Source of the DNA: an uncultured cyanobacterium
GTDB taxonomy: Bacteria; Cyanobacteriota; Cyanobacteriia; Cyanobacteriales; CAWUOF01
DNA: 64,000 nt
Assembly: GCA_963744145.1 (NCBI GenBank)
Contig: CAVUSO010000001.1
Span: forward strand, 2,496,001 to 2,560,000
Direction: 5' to 3'
Every line of letters begins with the position of its first letter. Positions within the stretch are counted from its first letter, which is position 1. The notes beneath the pieces were generated by a model. It saw only the letters and a list, made by a program, of their open reading frames with translations, was not told the origin of the DNA and made no database searches. Of the stretch, positions 40,207 to 49,743 are shown in pieces. The position numbers were made by a program, and so were the translations under genes.

Positions 40207-40832
40207 CTTTTGCATCGGACGAATTACCAGACTCAAATCAGCTAGAAGAAGCAACAGATTCCCTATCCTCGGAAGAAGCTCGCTGGTATGCTGTTCAAGT
40301 TGCTTCCGGTTGTGAGAAACGAGTAAAAACCAATCTAGAACAGCGAATTCAAACCCTGGATGTAGGCGATCGGATTTTTAAAGTGCAAATCCCCCAAACT
40401 CCAGCCGTCAAAATTCGGAAAGATGGTAGTCGTCATCACAGCGAAGAAAAAGTTTTCCCCGGCTATGTTCTAGTCCAAATGTTAATGGATGAGGAAACAT
40501 GGCAGGTGGTAAAAAACACCCCCAATGTGATTAACTTTGTGGGTGCCCAACAAACCCGGAACTATGGAAGGGGACGCGGGCACGTTAAACCGATGCCCCT
40601 CAGTCCTTCGGAAGTAGAACGGATTTTCAAACAAACCCAGGAACAAGAGCCAGTCGTCAAGACCGATATGTCGGTTGGAGATAAAGTCCTGGTCCTCTCA
40701 GGTCCATTCAAAGACTTTGAAGGTGAAGTCATTGAAGTCAGTCCCGAGCGGAACAAACTCAAAGTGTTACTTTCCATATTTGGTCGGGATACACCAGTAG
40801 AATTGGAATTTAACCAGGTTCAGAAACAGTAA
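40203..40832 (+). CDS. nusG: Transcription factor NusG
   Basis: WYAVQVASG, FPGYVL, KOW SGPFKDFEG, IFGRDTPVEL; ATGA overlap with the secE stop. Confidence 0.97.
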   Translation: MTFASDELPDSNQLEEATDSLSSEEARWYAVQVASGCEKRVKTNLEQRIQTLDVGDRIFKVQIPQTPAVKIRKDGSRHHSEEKVFPGYVLVQMLMDEETWQVVKNTPNVINFVGAQQTRNYGRGRGHVKPMPLSPSEVERIFKQTQEQEPVVKTDMSVGDKVLVLSGPFKDFEGEVIEVSPERNKLKVLLSIFGRDTPVELEFNQVQKQ

Positions 40833-40839
40833 AAACTAG

Positions 40840-41265
40840 ATGGCAAAAAAAGTAGTTACGGTCATTAAGTTGGCCATTACAGCGGGGAAAGCTAACCCAG
40901 CTCCCCCGATCGGTCCGGCCCTAGGTCAGCATGGCGTGAATATTATGATGTTCTGCAAAGAATATAACGCCAGAACAGCAGATCAAGCTGGTTTAGTTGT
41001 GCCGGTGGAAATCTCGGTTTATGAAGATCGAAGTTTTACCTTTATTCTCAAAACCCCACCAGCATCAGTGTTGATTACCAAAGCACTAGGAATTCCTAGA
41101 GGATCTGGGGAACCAAACCGGAAAAAAGTTGGCACCCTAACCCGGGCGCAACTGCGGGAAATTGCCCAAACCAAAATGCCTGACCTCAATGCTAATGACA
41201 TTGAAGCAGCTATGAAAATTGTGGAAGGAACTGCCCGGAATATGGGCGTGACGATCGCTGACTAA
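40840..41265 (+). CDS. rplK: 50S ribosomal protein L11
   Basis: [12 protein letters not shown]. Confidence 0.98.
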   Translation: MAKKVVTVIKLAITAGKANPAPPIGPALGQHGVNIMMFCKEYNARTADQAGLVVPVEISVYEDRSFTFILKTPPASVLITKALGIPRGSGEPNRKKVGTLTRAQLREIAQTKMPDLNANDIEAAMKIVEGTARNMGVTIAD

Positions 41266-41275
41266 ACCCTTATAA

Positions 41276-41308
41276 GGGGGGAGAGGCTCAGGTCTCGTTA
41301 GCAACCCC
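41276..41308 (+). promoter_or_regulatory. L1 autoregulatory mRNA element before rplA
   Basis: GGGG-GAG(AGGC..GTCTC)-GTTAGCA-ACCCC: stem, internal loop, stem with GGAG core in the rplK-rplA spacer. Confidence 0.6.
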
Positions 41309-41320
41309 AGGAGAGAGAGA

Positions 41321-42038
41321 ATGACCAGAAAAGTATCGCGTCGATTACAAGAACTACAGAAAAAAGTTGAACCGCGGGCCTACGAACCAGTAGAAGCCCT
41401 CGATCTATTAAAGGAAACAGCTACAGCCAAGTTTCCCGAATCAGCCGAAGCACATATTCGTTTGGGGATCGATCCCAAATACGCAGACCAACAGTTACGG
41501 ACTACCGTAGTATTGCCGAAAGGAACTGGTCAAACAGTCCGAGTCGCAGTAATTGCTAGAGGGGAAAAAGTAACGGAAGCTACTAATAGCGGTGCGGATA
41601 TTGCTGGTTCCGAAGAGCTGATTGATGAAATTCAAAAAGGTCGCATGGATTTTGATAAGTTAATTGCGACCCCAGATATGATGCCCCAAGTAGCTAAATT
41701 AGGTAAGTTACTCGGACCGCGGGGGTTGATGCCTTCGCCAAAAGGTGGTACAGTAACATTTGATCTAGCAGCAGCGATCAGTGAGTTCAAAGCTGGTAAA
41801 CTAGAATTCCGTGCCGATCGCACCGGGATAGTTCATATCCTGTTTGGGAAGGCTGCTTTCCCCACCCAAGATTTGCTCGTTAACCTCAAAGCCCTGCAAG
41901 AAACCATCGATCGGAATCGACCATCTGGTGCTAAAGGTCGTTACTGGCGCACAGTATATATCTCGGACCACTATGGGACCTGCAATTCAACTTGAGATCA
42001 ACAGTCTACGGGATTTCAAATTAAGCGAAGCACATTAG
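41321..42038 (+). CDS. rplA: 50S ribosomal protein L1, apparent +1 frameshift at ~41966
   Basis: L1 sequence runs to YWRTVYIS; the conserved TMGP...LRD tail is in the next frame, ending at 42038. Confidence 0.9.
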
Positions 42039-42096
42039 TCAACTTAACTATTGAGGGATCAGCTAACGCCCAAAATTCAACAACTGAATCAGCGAG

Positions 42097-42233
42097 GGCC
42101 AAAGACAGCAGGGGCTAATGCGCTTAATTTCCTGCCGAGGTTTACTCTAATTTCCCAACTGGTCATAGGTTTGACTAATTCAACCTGGATCAATGGGAAA
42201 TGGGGAACCCCGGCTCAATCTCCGGGGTTTTTT
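42097..42233 (+). promoter_or_regulatory. L10 leader with terminator/attenuator hairpin
   Basis: CCAAAGACAGCAGGGG...TTAATTTCCTGCCGAGG core; AACCCCGG-loop-CCGGGGTTTTTT at 42206-42233. Confidence 0.85.
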
Positions 42234-42286
42234 GATTGGTTTTGGGCAAATATCGGTTTTTAGCAACCAGTTAAGGAGGTGAGAAA

Positions 42287-42826
42287 ATGGGTAAAACAGT
42301 AGAACAAAAAAATGTGATTATTGCTGACATTAAGCAAACTTTGAGTGAATCTCAGTTAGCAATTGTCATTGATTATCAAGGATTAAGCGTCGCCGAAATT
42401 ACTGATTTGCGTCGTCGTTTACGTCCGAGCGGTGCAAGTTGTCAAGTCGCTAAAAATACCCTGATGCGAATTGCGGTAGAAGGCGATCGCAACTGGCAAC
42501 CAATGCAGGAATTTTTACAAGGTTCCTCAGCATTCATGTTCGTCAAAGACGATCTTGGTTCAGCAATTAAAGCCTATCAAGATTTCCAAAAAGCCACGAA
42601 GAAATCTCAACTTCGCGGTGGTGTGATGGAAGGACGAGTGCTAGGTGAAGCTGATGTCAAAGCCCTAGGAGATTTGCCTTCTAAGGAACAATTGATCTCG
42701 CAAATTGCTGGTGCGATCAATGGTTTGGCTACTAAGTTGGCTGTTGGTATTAATGAAATACCAGCTTCTCTGGCTCGATCGATCCAAGCGATCGCTGACA
42801 AAGAAAATAGCCCTGCTGAAGAATAA
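42287..42826 (+). CDS. rplJ: 50S ribosomal protein L10
   Basis: DYQGLSV, KNTL, LPSKEQL; AGGAGGT RBS. Confidence 0.97.
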   Translation: MGKTVEQKNVIIADIKQTLSESQLAIVIDYQGLSVAEITDLRRRLRPSGASCQVAKNTLMRIAVEGDRNWQPMQEFLQGSSAFMFVKDDLGSAIKAYQDFQKATKKSQLRGGVMEGRVLGEADVKALGDLPSKEQLISQIAGAINGLATKLAVGINEIPASLARSIQAIADKENSPAEE

Positions 42827-42901
42827 TTGTCATTGAGAAAAATTTTTCTTTCACAATGTGCAATTACTAATCACCAATTAACTAATGATAGGAGTTTATT
42901 C

Positions 42902-43288
42902 ATGTCTACAGCTACTGATGAAATTGTTGAAAAACTGAAAACACTAACTTTGCTAGAAGCCGCAGAATTAGTGAAGCAAATTGAAACCACCTTCGGTGTG
43001 AGTGCGGCTGCGGCTGCTGTTGCAGTTGCGGCTGTTCCTGGTGCTGCTGCTCCTGTGGAAGAAGTAGAAGTCCAAACTGAGTTCAGTGTGATTCTTGAAG
43101 AAGTTCCGGCTGATAAGAAGATTGCTATTCTCAAAGTGGTACGTACTATTACCAATTTGGGTCTAAAAGAAGCCAAAGACTTGGTAGAGTCTACACCTAA
43201 GCCAGTTAAAGAAAGTGTGGCAAAAGAAGTCGCTGATGATATTAAGAAACAGTTGGAAGAAGCTGGCGCTAAGGTTTCTATTAAGTAG
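42902..43288 (+). CDS. rplL: 50S ribosomal protein L7/L12
   Basis: [11 protein letters not shown], Ala-rich hinge, [14 protein letters not shown] at 42902 after AGGAG. Confidence 0.97.
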   Translation: MSTATDEIVEKLKTLTLLEAAELVKQIETTFGVSAAAAAVAVAAVPGAAAPVEEVEVQTEFSVILEEVPADKKIAILKVVRTITNLGLKEAKDLVESTPKPVKESVAKEVADDIKKQLEEAGAKVSIK

Positions 43289-43313
43289 GGTTTTGTGTTT
43301 TTTTAATTAACTT

Positions 43314-43342
43314 AGGGGCGCAAGAGTTCTTGCGCCCCTACT
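43314..43342. repeat. GTAG-type REP hairpin, possible terminator after rplL
   Basis: TAGGGGCGCAAGA-gt-TCTTGCGCCCCTA-C. Confidence 0.7.
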
Positions 43343-43382
43343 ACATATTTGTCAATATTTTTGACAATTAGAAGCGATCGCG

Positions 43383-43495
43383 CAATACAATTCAGGTAAG
43401 ATTTTTTGGATATCTCGGCAAAGAAGGGCGAAGCATTCGGATATAAGATTAATGGGTTTAAGTAATAAATTATCGCCCGAATGCTTCGCCCCTAC
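43383..43495. repeat. REP-like long hairpin without insert
   Basis: CAATACAATTCAGGTAAG end; GGGCGAAGCATTCGG...CCGAATGCTTCGCCCCTAC. Confidence 0.85.
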
Positions 43496-43662
43496 TGGCA
43501 CTTGTGGGCGATCGCGGGTTGGCATCTTTAAAAATTATTCGGTTAACACCAGGATGATCTCCCATATAGCGCTGAAAAATTGGCGCAATTTTCAGTCAGT
43601 AAATGTTGATTTCCGCGATCGCACCTCAGCTATCCCACAAAATGCGATAATCAAGTCAATTG

Positions 43663-43757
43663 TGAGTGATCTGTGTTGGCTGGGCAGGTTTATGATCGTG
43701 ATCTGTTTGGAGCAGAATTGATTGGTGAACCTGCCCCTACAAATCCTGGTTGATTTG
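43663..43757. repeat. REP-like element (empty allele of the 35613-35730 copy)
   Basis: GATCTGTGTTGG.TGGGCAGGTTTATGA...GAACCTGCCCCTACAAATCCTGGTTGATT. Confidence 0.85.
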
Positions 43758-43838
43758 GTGCATCAATTCATCGAATATACATTTTAATGAGCTAATTTAA
43801 TCTTGATTTTCTGGCACTTATCCCATTAGTCCCAATCT

Positions 43839-44061
43839 GGTTCAGTTAACTGTAGGGGCAAAGCATTTCGGCGAAGAAATGATTGATTAAACGTTTACCC
43901 TGAGTTTACCCTGAGCTTACCCTGAGCGTAGTCGAAGGGCGTAGTCGAAGCTTGCCCTGAGCGTAGTCGAAGCTTGCCCTGAGCGTAGTCGAAGCTTGCC
44001 CTGAGCGTAGTCGAAGGGGGCGTAGTCGAAGGGAAGAATAATATTACCGAAATGTGAGAGT
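43839..44061. mobile_element. REP-like element containing 140 bp of nested 24-bp elements (43894-44033)
   Basis: Flanks match the empty allele at 50567-50637; insert parses into TTTACCCTGAGCGTAGTCGAAGGG units. Confidence 0.8.
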
Positions 44062-44100
44062 CCTCACCATCTATGAAGCCAACAGATCAACTATATATTA

Positions 44101-44271
44101 AAATACATTCAGTTACCATCATTTTTTGGGAGATATCGGCAGAAGAAGGGTGAAGCATTCGGATCTAATATTACTGCCCTTCGACTACGCTCAGGGTAAA
44201 CTCAGGGTAAAGTTTGATTGCTCAATTGTCGCTAAACATGCTTCACCCCTACACTTAACTGAACCTTATTG
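44101..44271. mobile_element. MITE-like composite: TTCAGTTA/TAACTGAA ends, REP-like hairpin and 24-bp insert
   Basis: Left end AATACATTCAGTTAC, right end TTAACTGAACCTTATTG; insert 44177-44211. Confidence 0.7.
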
Positions 44272-44361
44272 CCATTAGTATTACAGAACCACCTGAAACC
44301 GAGCGGATTTGATGAATCCGACGGGCATAAAATCTGTTTAAACATCGGAAATTCGATCACC

Positions 44362-44428
44362 TATAGGGACGGGTTCACCGATGAACTTGTCACACACAAA
44401 TAAACTTAATGAACCCGTCCAACCCTAC
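44362..44428. repeat. REP-like long hairpin
   Basis: TAGGGACGGGTTCA...TGAACCCGTCCAACCCTAC. Confidence 0.6.
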
Positions 44429-44651
44429 AGATCACCGGACTGAACTCACTATATCTCACATCCCAGACAACAATGTCTTTAACTAGCCATTCAAACCGAC
44501 ACACGGAACGGACGAACGAACGGAACAGCGCAGTGCCAGGTATTGAGTTAGGGAAAAGCCAATGTTTTCGCAGAAATTATACCATTTTTCTGTAACGCTG
44601 CACTTATAGCCAATCCCCTATAATAGTTTAACAATTTTTTAGGAAATTACA

Positions 44652-45932
44652 ATGACAGAAGAAACAGTAAAAAAACGTCATCCTGGACTTTGGGTTTCAA
44701 TTTTATATTTTGCTGAAGGTTTACCTTATACAGTGGTAAATTTAATGTCGGCAATTTTCTTAAAAGATATGGGTGCTAGTAATGAATTAATTGGATTGAC
44801 GAGTTTTCTGTCTGTTCCTTGGACACTCAAAGGTTTATGGGGTCCGTTAGTCGATGTATTTTTAACTAAAAGACGTTGGATTTTACTGACAGAAGTTTTT
44901 TGTATCTTCCTGTTGGTGATGTTAGCTTTCGGGACATTAAATCCCCAGGTGATCGTGATATCTTTGATCATTTTCACCGCGATCGCCTTTGTTTCCGCTA
45001 CTCACGATATCGCGATCGATGGTTTTTATTTAGATGCTCTGAATAATGAACAACAAGCTTTTTATGTAGGTTGGAGAACTACTGCTTATAAAATTGCTTG
45101 GTTGACGGGTAGTGGAGGATTAGTTTATCTTGCTGGTACAATTAAACCGCTTGATTTGGGATGGGCGATCGCTTTTGGTCTAGCTGGGATTATATTTGTC
45201 TTCCTTTATTTTTTTCATTTATGGTATCTTCCTTATCCTGATCCAACTCCAATTTTAAAAGATCCCGATCTGGAAACTGAATCAACTCCAAATGATAATT
45301 CTCTCGACAGAGCCAATAGTTATTTTGATTCTTTCTGGACTTATTTTAATCAAACCAAAATTGGCTGGATTATCGCTTATGTCCTGATTTTTCGCTTAGG
45401 TGATGCTTTCCTTTTAAAAATGGCACCTCTATTTTTGAAAGATCCCATAGCTCAAGGTGGATTAAATATTTCTACTCAGGAAATGGGCATATTGTATGGT
45501 ACAGTTGGCGTAATTTTTCTGCTCAGTGGTGGCATATTTGGAGGTTATTTAATTGCTAAAGAAGGCTTAAAAAAATGGATGTGGCCAACTTCGATTTTAC
45601 AAAATGCTGCTCTTCCCTTATATTGGTTATTAGCTCTCTATCAGCCTAGCTTAGAATGGGCATATATTGTTAATTCCTTTGAGCAATTTAGCTACGGATT
45701 AGGAGTAGCTGCTTATACAGTATTTTTAATGCAAACCATTCGACCAGAATACAAAGCCTCTCATTATGCAATTACAACGGGATTTATGGCATTAGGAGTT
45801 CTAATTCCTGGTGTAATTAGCGGTTATTTGCAAACATCAATGGGTTATGCTAATTACTTTTTAATGAGCAGTTTTGCTTCCTTACCAGGGTTAGTAACCA
45901 TATTTTTCTTACCCCTGGATGATAAAAAATAA
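44652..45932 (+). CDS. AmpG-like MFS permease
   Basis: LYFAEGLP, PWTLKGLWGPLVD, SATHDIAIDG motifs; about 12 TM helices. Confidence 0.85.
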   Translation: MTEETVKKRHPGLWVSILYFAEGLPYTVVNLMSAIFLKDMGASNELIGLTSFLSVPWTLKGLWGPLVDVFLTKRRWILLTEVFCIFLLVMLAFGTLNPQVIVISLIIFTAIAFVSATHDIAIDGFYLDALNNEQQAFYVGWRTTAYKIAWLTGSGGLVYLAGTIKPLDLGWAIAFGLAGIIFVFLYFFHLWYLPYPDPTPILKDPDLETESTPNDNSLDRANSYFDSFWTYFNQTKIGWIIAYVLIFRLGDAFLLKMAPLFLKDPIAQGGLNISTQEMGILYGTVGVIFLLSGGIFGGYLIAKEGLKKWMWPTSILQNAALPLYWLLALYQPSLEWAYIVNSFEQFSYGLGVAAYTVFLMQTIRPEYKASHYAITTGFMALGVLIPGVISGYLQTSMGYANYFLMSSFASLPGLVTIFFLPLDDKK

Positions 45933-45943
45933 CTGCAACTGGA

Positions 45944-46837
45944 TTAATTACCAGAAAGCGTCAGATCTGGTAAATAAGATTCTGGATCTTCAGCTACCCA
46001 ACCTTGGGAAGAATTAGAGCGAACTTCAAAATGTAGATGAGGCTCTTTACTATCGGGAATGCCACTAGTACCAACTGTACCGATTTGGGTGCCTGCGCTA
46101 ATTTTATCACCTACTTTGACAGTAATTGTCGCTAAATGAGCATAACGAGTTTGTTTACCACCATCATGATTAATCACGACTAAATTACCGTAATTATTGC
46201 CGCGATCGCTAGCATAAGCAACCGTTCCATCCCCAACTGCAAAAACTTTTGTTCCTACTAGTGCTTGTAAATCTAAACCACTATGAAAAAAAAACTTACC
46301 AGTTTGTGGTTGGGTTTGCCAACCATAAGCGAGGATAATTGTTGGTTTACCAGGTAAGGGATAACGACTGAATTCTTGATTAACTAAAGATGGATCAGTA
46401 TTTTGGGTAACACTACTAGGAGAAGGACCATTGATCCCAGGTACAAAGACTGTTGTTGGTACTGGTTGACATCCATTTGCTTCAAATAATACATCTGCTC
46501 GAACTTTATAATTAGCAGCTATTTCCTTCCAGGTCTGACCCTGTGGTACTTCTACTCGAATCCCATTCACAGGAGGAATCAAAATTTCTGTTCCGATTGG
46601 TGCATCACCCTCCTGTAAGATGGGATTCAATCCTAACAGAGTAGCGGGGTTAAGATGATATTTACGAGCAATGCTTTCTGTAGTTTCTCCGACAGCAATT
46701 TTGTGACTAATTAAACGGGATAAGATGGGTTTAGGACAAGCTGAATCCACCTCTTCTGGTTGTTGAGCAATGGTTCGCGCTCCAGAAAGTGTCAGCCATA
46801 ATAGGGTTGAGATGCAAATTAGCCAATATCTTGCCAT
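45944..46837 (-). CDS. LysM plus M23 metallopeptidase
   Basis: Signal peptide, two LysM-like segments, HSGLD, YAHL, PHLHFE. Confidence 0.9.
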   Translation of the reverse strand: MARYWLICISTLLWLTLSGARTIAQQPEEVDSACPKPILSRLISHKIAVGETTESIARKYHLNPATLLGLNPILQEGDAPIGTEILIPPVNGIRVEVPQGQTWKEIAANYKVRADVLFEANGCQPVPTTVFVPGINGPSPSSVTQNTDPSLVNQEFSRYPLPGKPTIILAYGWQTQPQTGKFFFHSGLDLQALVGTKVFAVGDGTVAYASDRGNNYGNLVVINHDGGKQTRYAHLATITVKVGDKISAGTQIGTVGTSGIPDSKEPHLHFEVRSNSSQGWVAEDPESYLPDLTLSGN

Positions 46838-46867
46838 AAGGTTTAACTTAAATTAGATCGTTAAATT

Positions 46868-49465
46868 TTAATCCGGTTCACCGATCAGAGTAAAAGCTGC
46901 CCAATCGGTAGGAAATGGATGTTTTTGCATTGTACTCAGCATTGCATTTCTTAGAGCGCGAGCTTTATCAGGATTTTGCCGAAGATTTTGATAAAATTCA
47001 TTCATCAAGTCAGCTGTAGGAGCATCAGGAATTGACCAAAGGGTAACAATCGCACTGGGAACACCAGCAGTAATTAAGGAACGACTTAGACCAATCACAC
47101 CATCCCCAGTAATTCTCCCTTTACCAGTATTACAAGCACTTAACACTACTAAATCAGCGTTTAGTTTTAATTTCAGAATTTCATTAGCAGTGAGTAGTCC
47201 ATTATCTTGACCACTTGGGGCTAAAGCGATCGCACCTGGAACTCCTAATCCTTCAATATCATCTAGTAATCCATGGGTGGCTAAATGAATTATTCGCGCT
47301 TTGGTCATTGCTGCTAAAATTTTGGCTTTGGTAGCATCTGAGCCAATAATTGCTTCAGTATTGAGTAATTTGGCAATTGTTTTTGCTTCTATTTCTGCTC
47401 CAATCAGTTGGGGAAGGGGTTGTGGGGGGTCTCCCACACTAGGCATTTTCGGGTTTCCCACTACTACTATATCTCTTGGTAGTCCGACGATCAAGGCACT
47501 TTGGGCACCAGATTGTTGATTTTTTTGTTTTTGTTGCCAGGTTAAATCTAATACTTGAATTGCTGGTGCAGTCAAAATGGTATGCTGTTCAATTAAGTAT
47601 TTATCTTGTTGATCTTTTAACGCGGGAAATGGGATCAAAAATAACTCTTTTTGCGGAATAAAAATAACTCTTTCCGTTGGGTCTGTAGGTAATAAATCAG
47701 CGATCGGAGCAATTAATATTTGATGAAGAAGCTTTAATTTAGAACTAGCTAAAGATCCTTGATATTGAAATAAAGCATTTCGACTTTTCAGAAAAATATC
47801 TCGGATATCCAGGATTTTTTTGGGATTTAGATTCGAGCTAGTTCTGGTAAATTCAGTTAGTTTCTGCTCTGTACCTGTTTGCTGATTGAGCGATTGTAAA
47901 TTAACTTCACGAAATCCAATTTCACCAGTAGGTTTAACTACCCAGATGTACAGATATTCATTTAAAATAATTGAATATTCAACTAGGGTAGCATGATGTT
48001 GTTTAGCAATTTGTTTGATTTGGTTAATATTAGGTGGAGTTATTTCCATTGATGTCGATGAATCTGTAGCTAACCGTTTTGCTAATAATTCTACAAATGC
48101 TCTGGCTCTTCCACGCTCTGCTATTTCTAAACTTTCATTAATTTTTTTTTCTTGAATCAATACTTGTTGTAAGTTATCGTAAGCACTAGCTTGGGTATCA
48201 AATAAGGAAATTTTATTAGTATCTTGAACTAATTCAGAGCGAATCGATTCTTGAATGGCGATCGCTGTTCTTAATTTTGCTTCTGCTTCTGGTAATTTTC
48301 CTAAATCTAATAAAATTGTTGCAATATTATTTAAGGAAGTGATTTCCCCTAACCGATCGCCAATTTGTTGTCTAATTGCTAAGGATTTTTCCTGGTAATC
48401 AAGTGCTGATTGATTTTGCTTTAAAGCTAATTCTAAATTTCCCAAATTATTCAGAGTATTAGCTTCTCCCACGCGATCGCCAAGTTGTTGATTTGCAACT
48501 AAAGATTTTGCCAAAAAATCCCTAGCTTGCTGATAATCATTCAGATACAAATAGGTCAATCCAATATTTCCTAAACAACTAGAGATCCCAATTTGATTAC
48601 CAATTTTTTGATCAATTTCTAAAGATTGTTGATAATATTTAACTGCTTCATGATAGTTTTTAGTATCGCTGTAAACATTACCTAGATTACCGAGAGCATT
48701 AGCTTCATAGAGAAGAGCGCCAATTTTTTGAGCGAGAGCTTGTTGTTGTTTATAAAAATCAATGGCTTTTTCATATTGACCGATATAATAGTAAGCATTA
48801 CCAACATTACCAAGAGATTCAACTATACTTGGTTGATCCTGAAGTTGTTGGGAAATAGCTAAAGATTGTTGATGGTAATCTAATGCTTTTTGATATTGTG
48901 CCATGGAATAATAAACATTACCTAAATTTCCTAAAGCTCTACTAATAGCTGCTTGATCTCCCAACTCTTTCGCTAAATCTAAAGAGGGAAGGAGAAAATT
49001 AAGTGCTTGTTGATATTGTCCGAGACTTCGAGAAGACATCCCCAGATTATTGAGAGCATCTGCTTCCCCAGAGCGATTACCAAGCTCACGAAAAATTGTT
49101 AAAGATTGTTGATAATATTGGATTGCTTCGGGAACTTTTCCTATAGTATCATAGACAATTCCCAGATCAAGTAAAGAATCTGCAATTCCAGAGCGATCGC
49201 CAATTTGCTGATAAATTTTTAGTGCTGCTTGAAAAGATGTGATCGCTGCTGGATATTGACTGGTCTGTAATTGAGAAACTCCTTGTTTTTGTAGTTCAAT
49301 AGCTGTAGTTTTAGGATCAATTGAGGTTTGTGCCCATCCAGATTCAGAATGTAATAGCTGCACCGGAATACCAATAGTCAGAGTAGTTAAAAACAAATAT
49401 ACTATTGGTATTTTTAGAAACTGGAGAAATAGTTGGTTAATTTCTGTAAATTTTTGACAAGACAT
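46868..49465 (-). CDS. TPR-CHAT domain protein (caspase-HetF family)
   Basis: 40-aa TPR repeats; HLATHG and LSACNTG catalytic His/Cys are intact. Confidence 0.9.
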   Translation of the reverse strand: MSCQKFTEINQLFLQFLKIPIVYLFLTTLTIGIPVQLLHSESGWAQTSIDPKTTAIELQKQGVSQLQTSQYPAAITSFQAALKIYQQIGDRSGIADSLLDLGIVYDTIGKVPEAIQYYQQSLTIFRELGNRSGEADALNNLGMSSRSLGQYQQALNFLLPSLDLAKELGDQAAISRALGNLGNVYYSMAQYQKALDYHQQSLAISQQLQDQPSIVESLGNVGNAYYYIGQYEKAIDFYKQQQALAQKIGALLYEANALGNLGNVYSDTKNYHEAVKYYQQSLEIDQKIGNQIGISSCLGNIGLTYLYLNDYQQARDFLAKSLVANQQLGDRVGEANTLNNLGNLELALKQNQSALDYQEKSLAIRQQIGDRLGEITSLNNIATILLDLGKLPEAEAKLRTAIAIQESIRSELVQDTNKISLFDTQASAYDNLQQVLIQEKKINESLEIAERGRARAFVELLAKRLATDSSTSMEITPPNINQIKQIAKQHHATLVEYSIILNEYLYIWVVKPTGEIGFREVNLQSLNQQTGTEQKLTEFTRTSSNLNPKKILDIRDIFLKSRNALFQYQGSLASSKLKLLHQILIAPIADLLPTDPTERVIFIPQKELFLIPFPALKDQQDKYLIEQHTILTAPAIQVLDLTWQQKQKNQQSGAQSALIVGLPRDIVVVGNPKMPSVGDPPQPLPQLIGAEIEAKTIAKLLNTEAIIGSDATKAKILAAMTKARIIHLATHGLLDDIEGLGVPGAIALAPSGQDNGLLTANEILKLKLNADLVVLSACNTGKGRITGDGVIGLSRSLITAGVPSAIVTLWSIPDAPTADLMNEFYQNLRQNPDKARALRNAMLSTMQKHPFPTDWAAFTLIGEPD

Positions 49466-49743
49466 TTTTCATTCTCCATCTAAAATTGAGTCCCAGCTAA
49501 AATCACACTTAAACTATTTTCACTCATGAAGGCTAATTGAGTTTAGGATCAGTAAAGCGATCGCGAGTGAAATGGGACGATTTTCATGATTTTTGGTCTT
49601 TTTTTCCAACTCAGCCCCATGATTAGGATCATAACGTAACATGACGGTAAAGACCGTCAGAAATTTTACTTAATGATTAACTTTTTTTGGTTTTCTGGAG
49701 GTAAAATAATAATATCTTTCTACTCAGGTAAGAATGTAACTCA

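Noticed and set aside
41844..42038. Separate 64-aa gene, or programmed frameshifting in rplA
   Set aside because: Its last ~23 codons are the displaced L1 tail; there is no slippery heptamer or stimulatory structure
42051..42263. 70-aa ORF between rplA and rplJ
   Set aside because: Overlaps the L10 leader RNA and terminator
43894..44033. Possible CRISPR array (repeated CGTAGTCGAAG / CCCTGAG)
   Set aside because: No unique spacers and no cas genes; it parses fully as nested 24-bp elements
46868..49465. Calling the CHAT protein HetF or a CRISPR-associated Csx29 protease
   Set aside because: TPR-then-CHAT with a signal-like N-terminus is the common cyanobacterial paralog class; HetF has its CHAT domain in the N-terminal half; no cas genes; 32 kb from the sRNA pair
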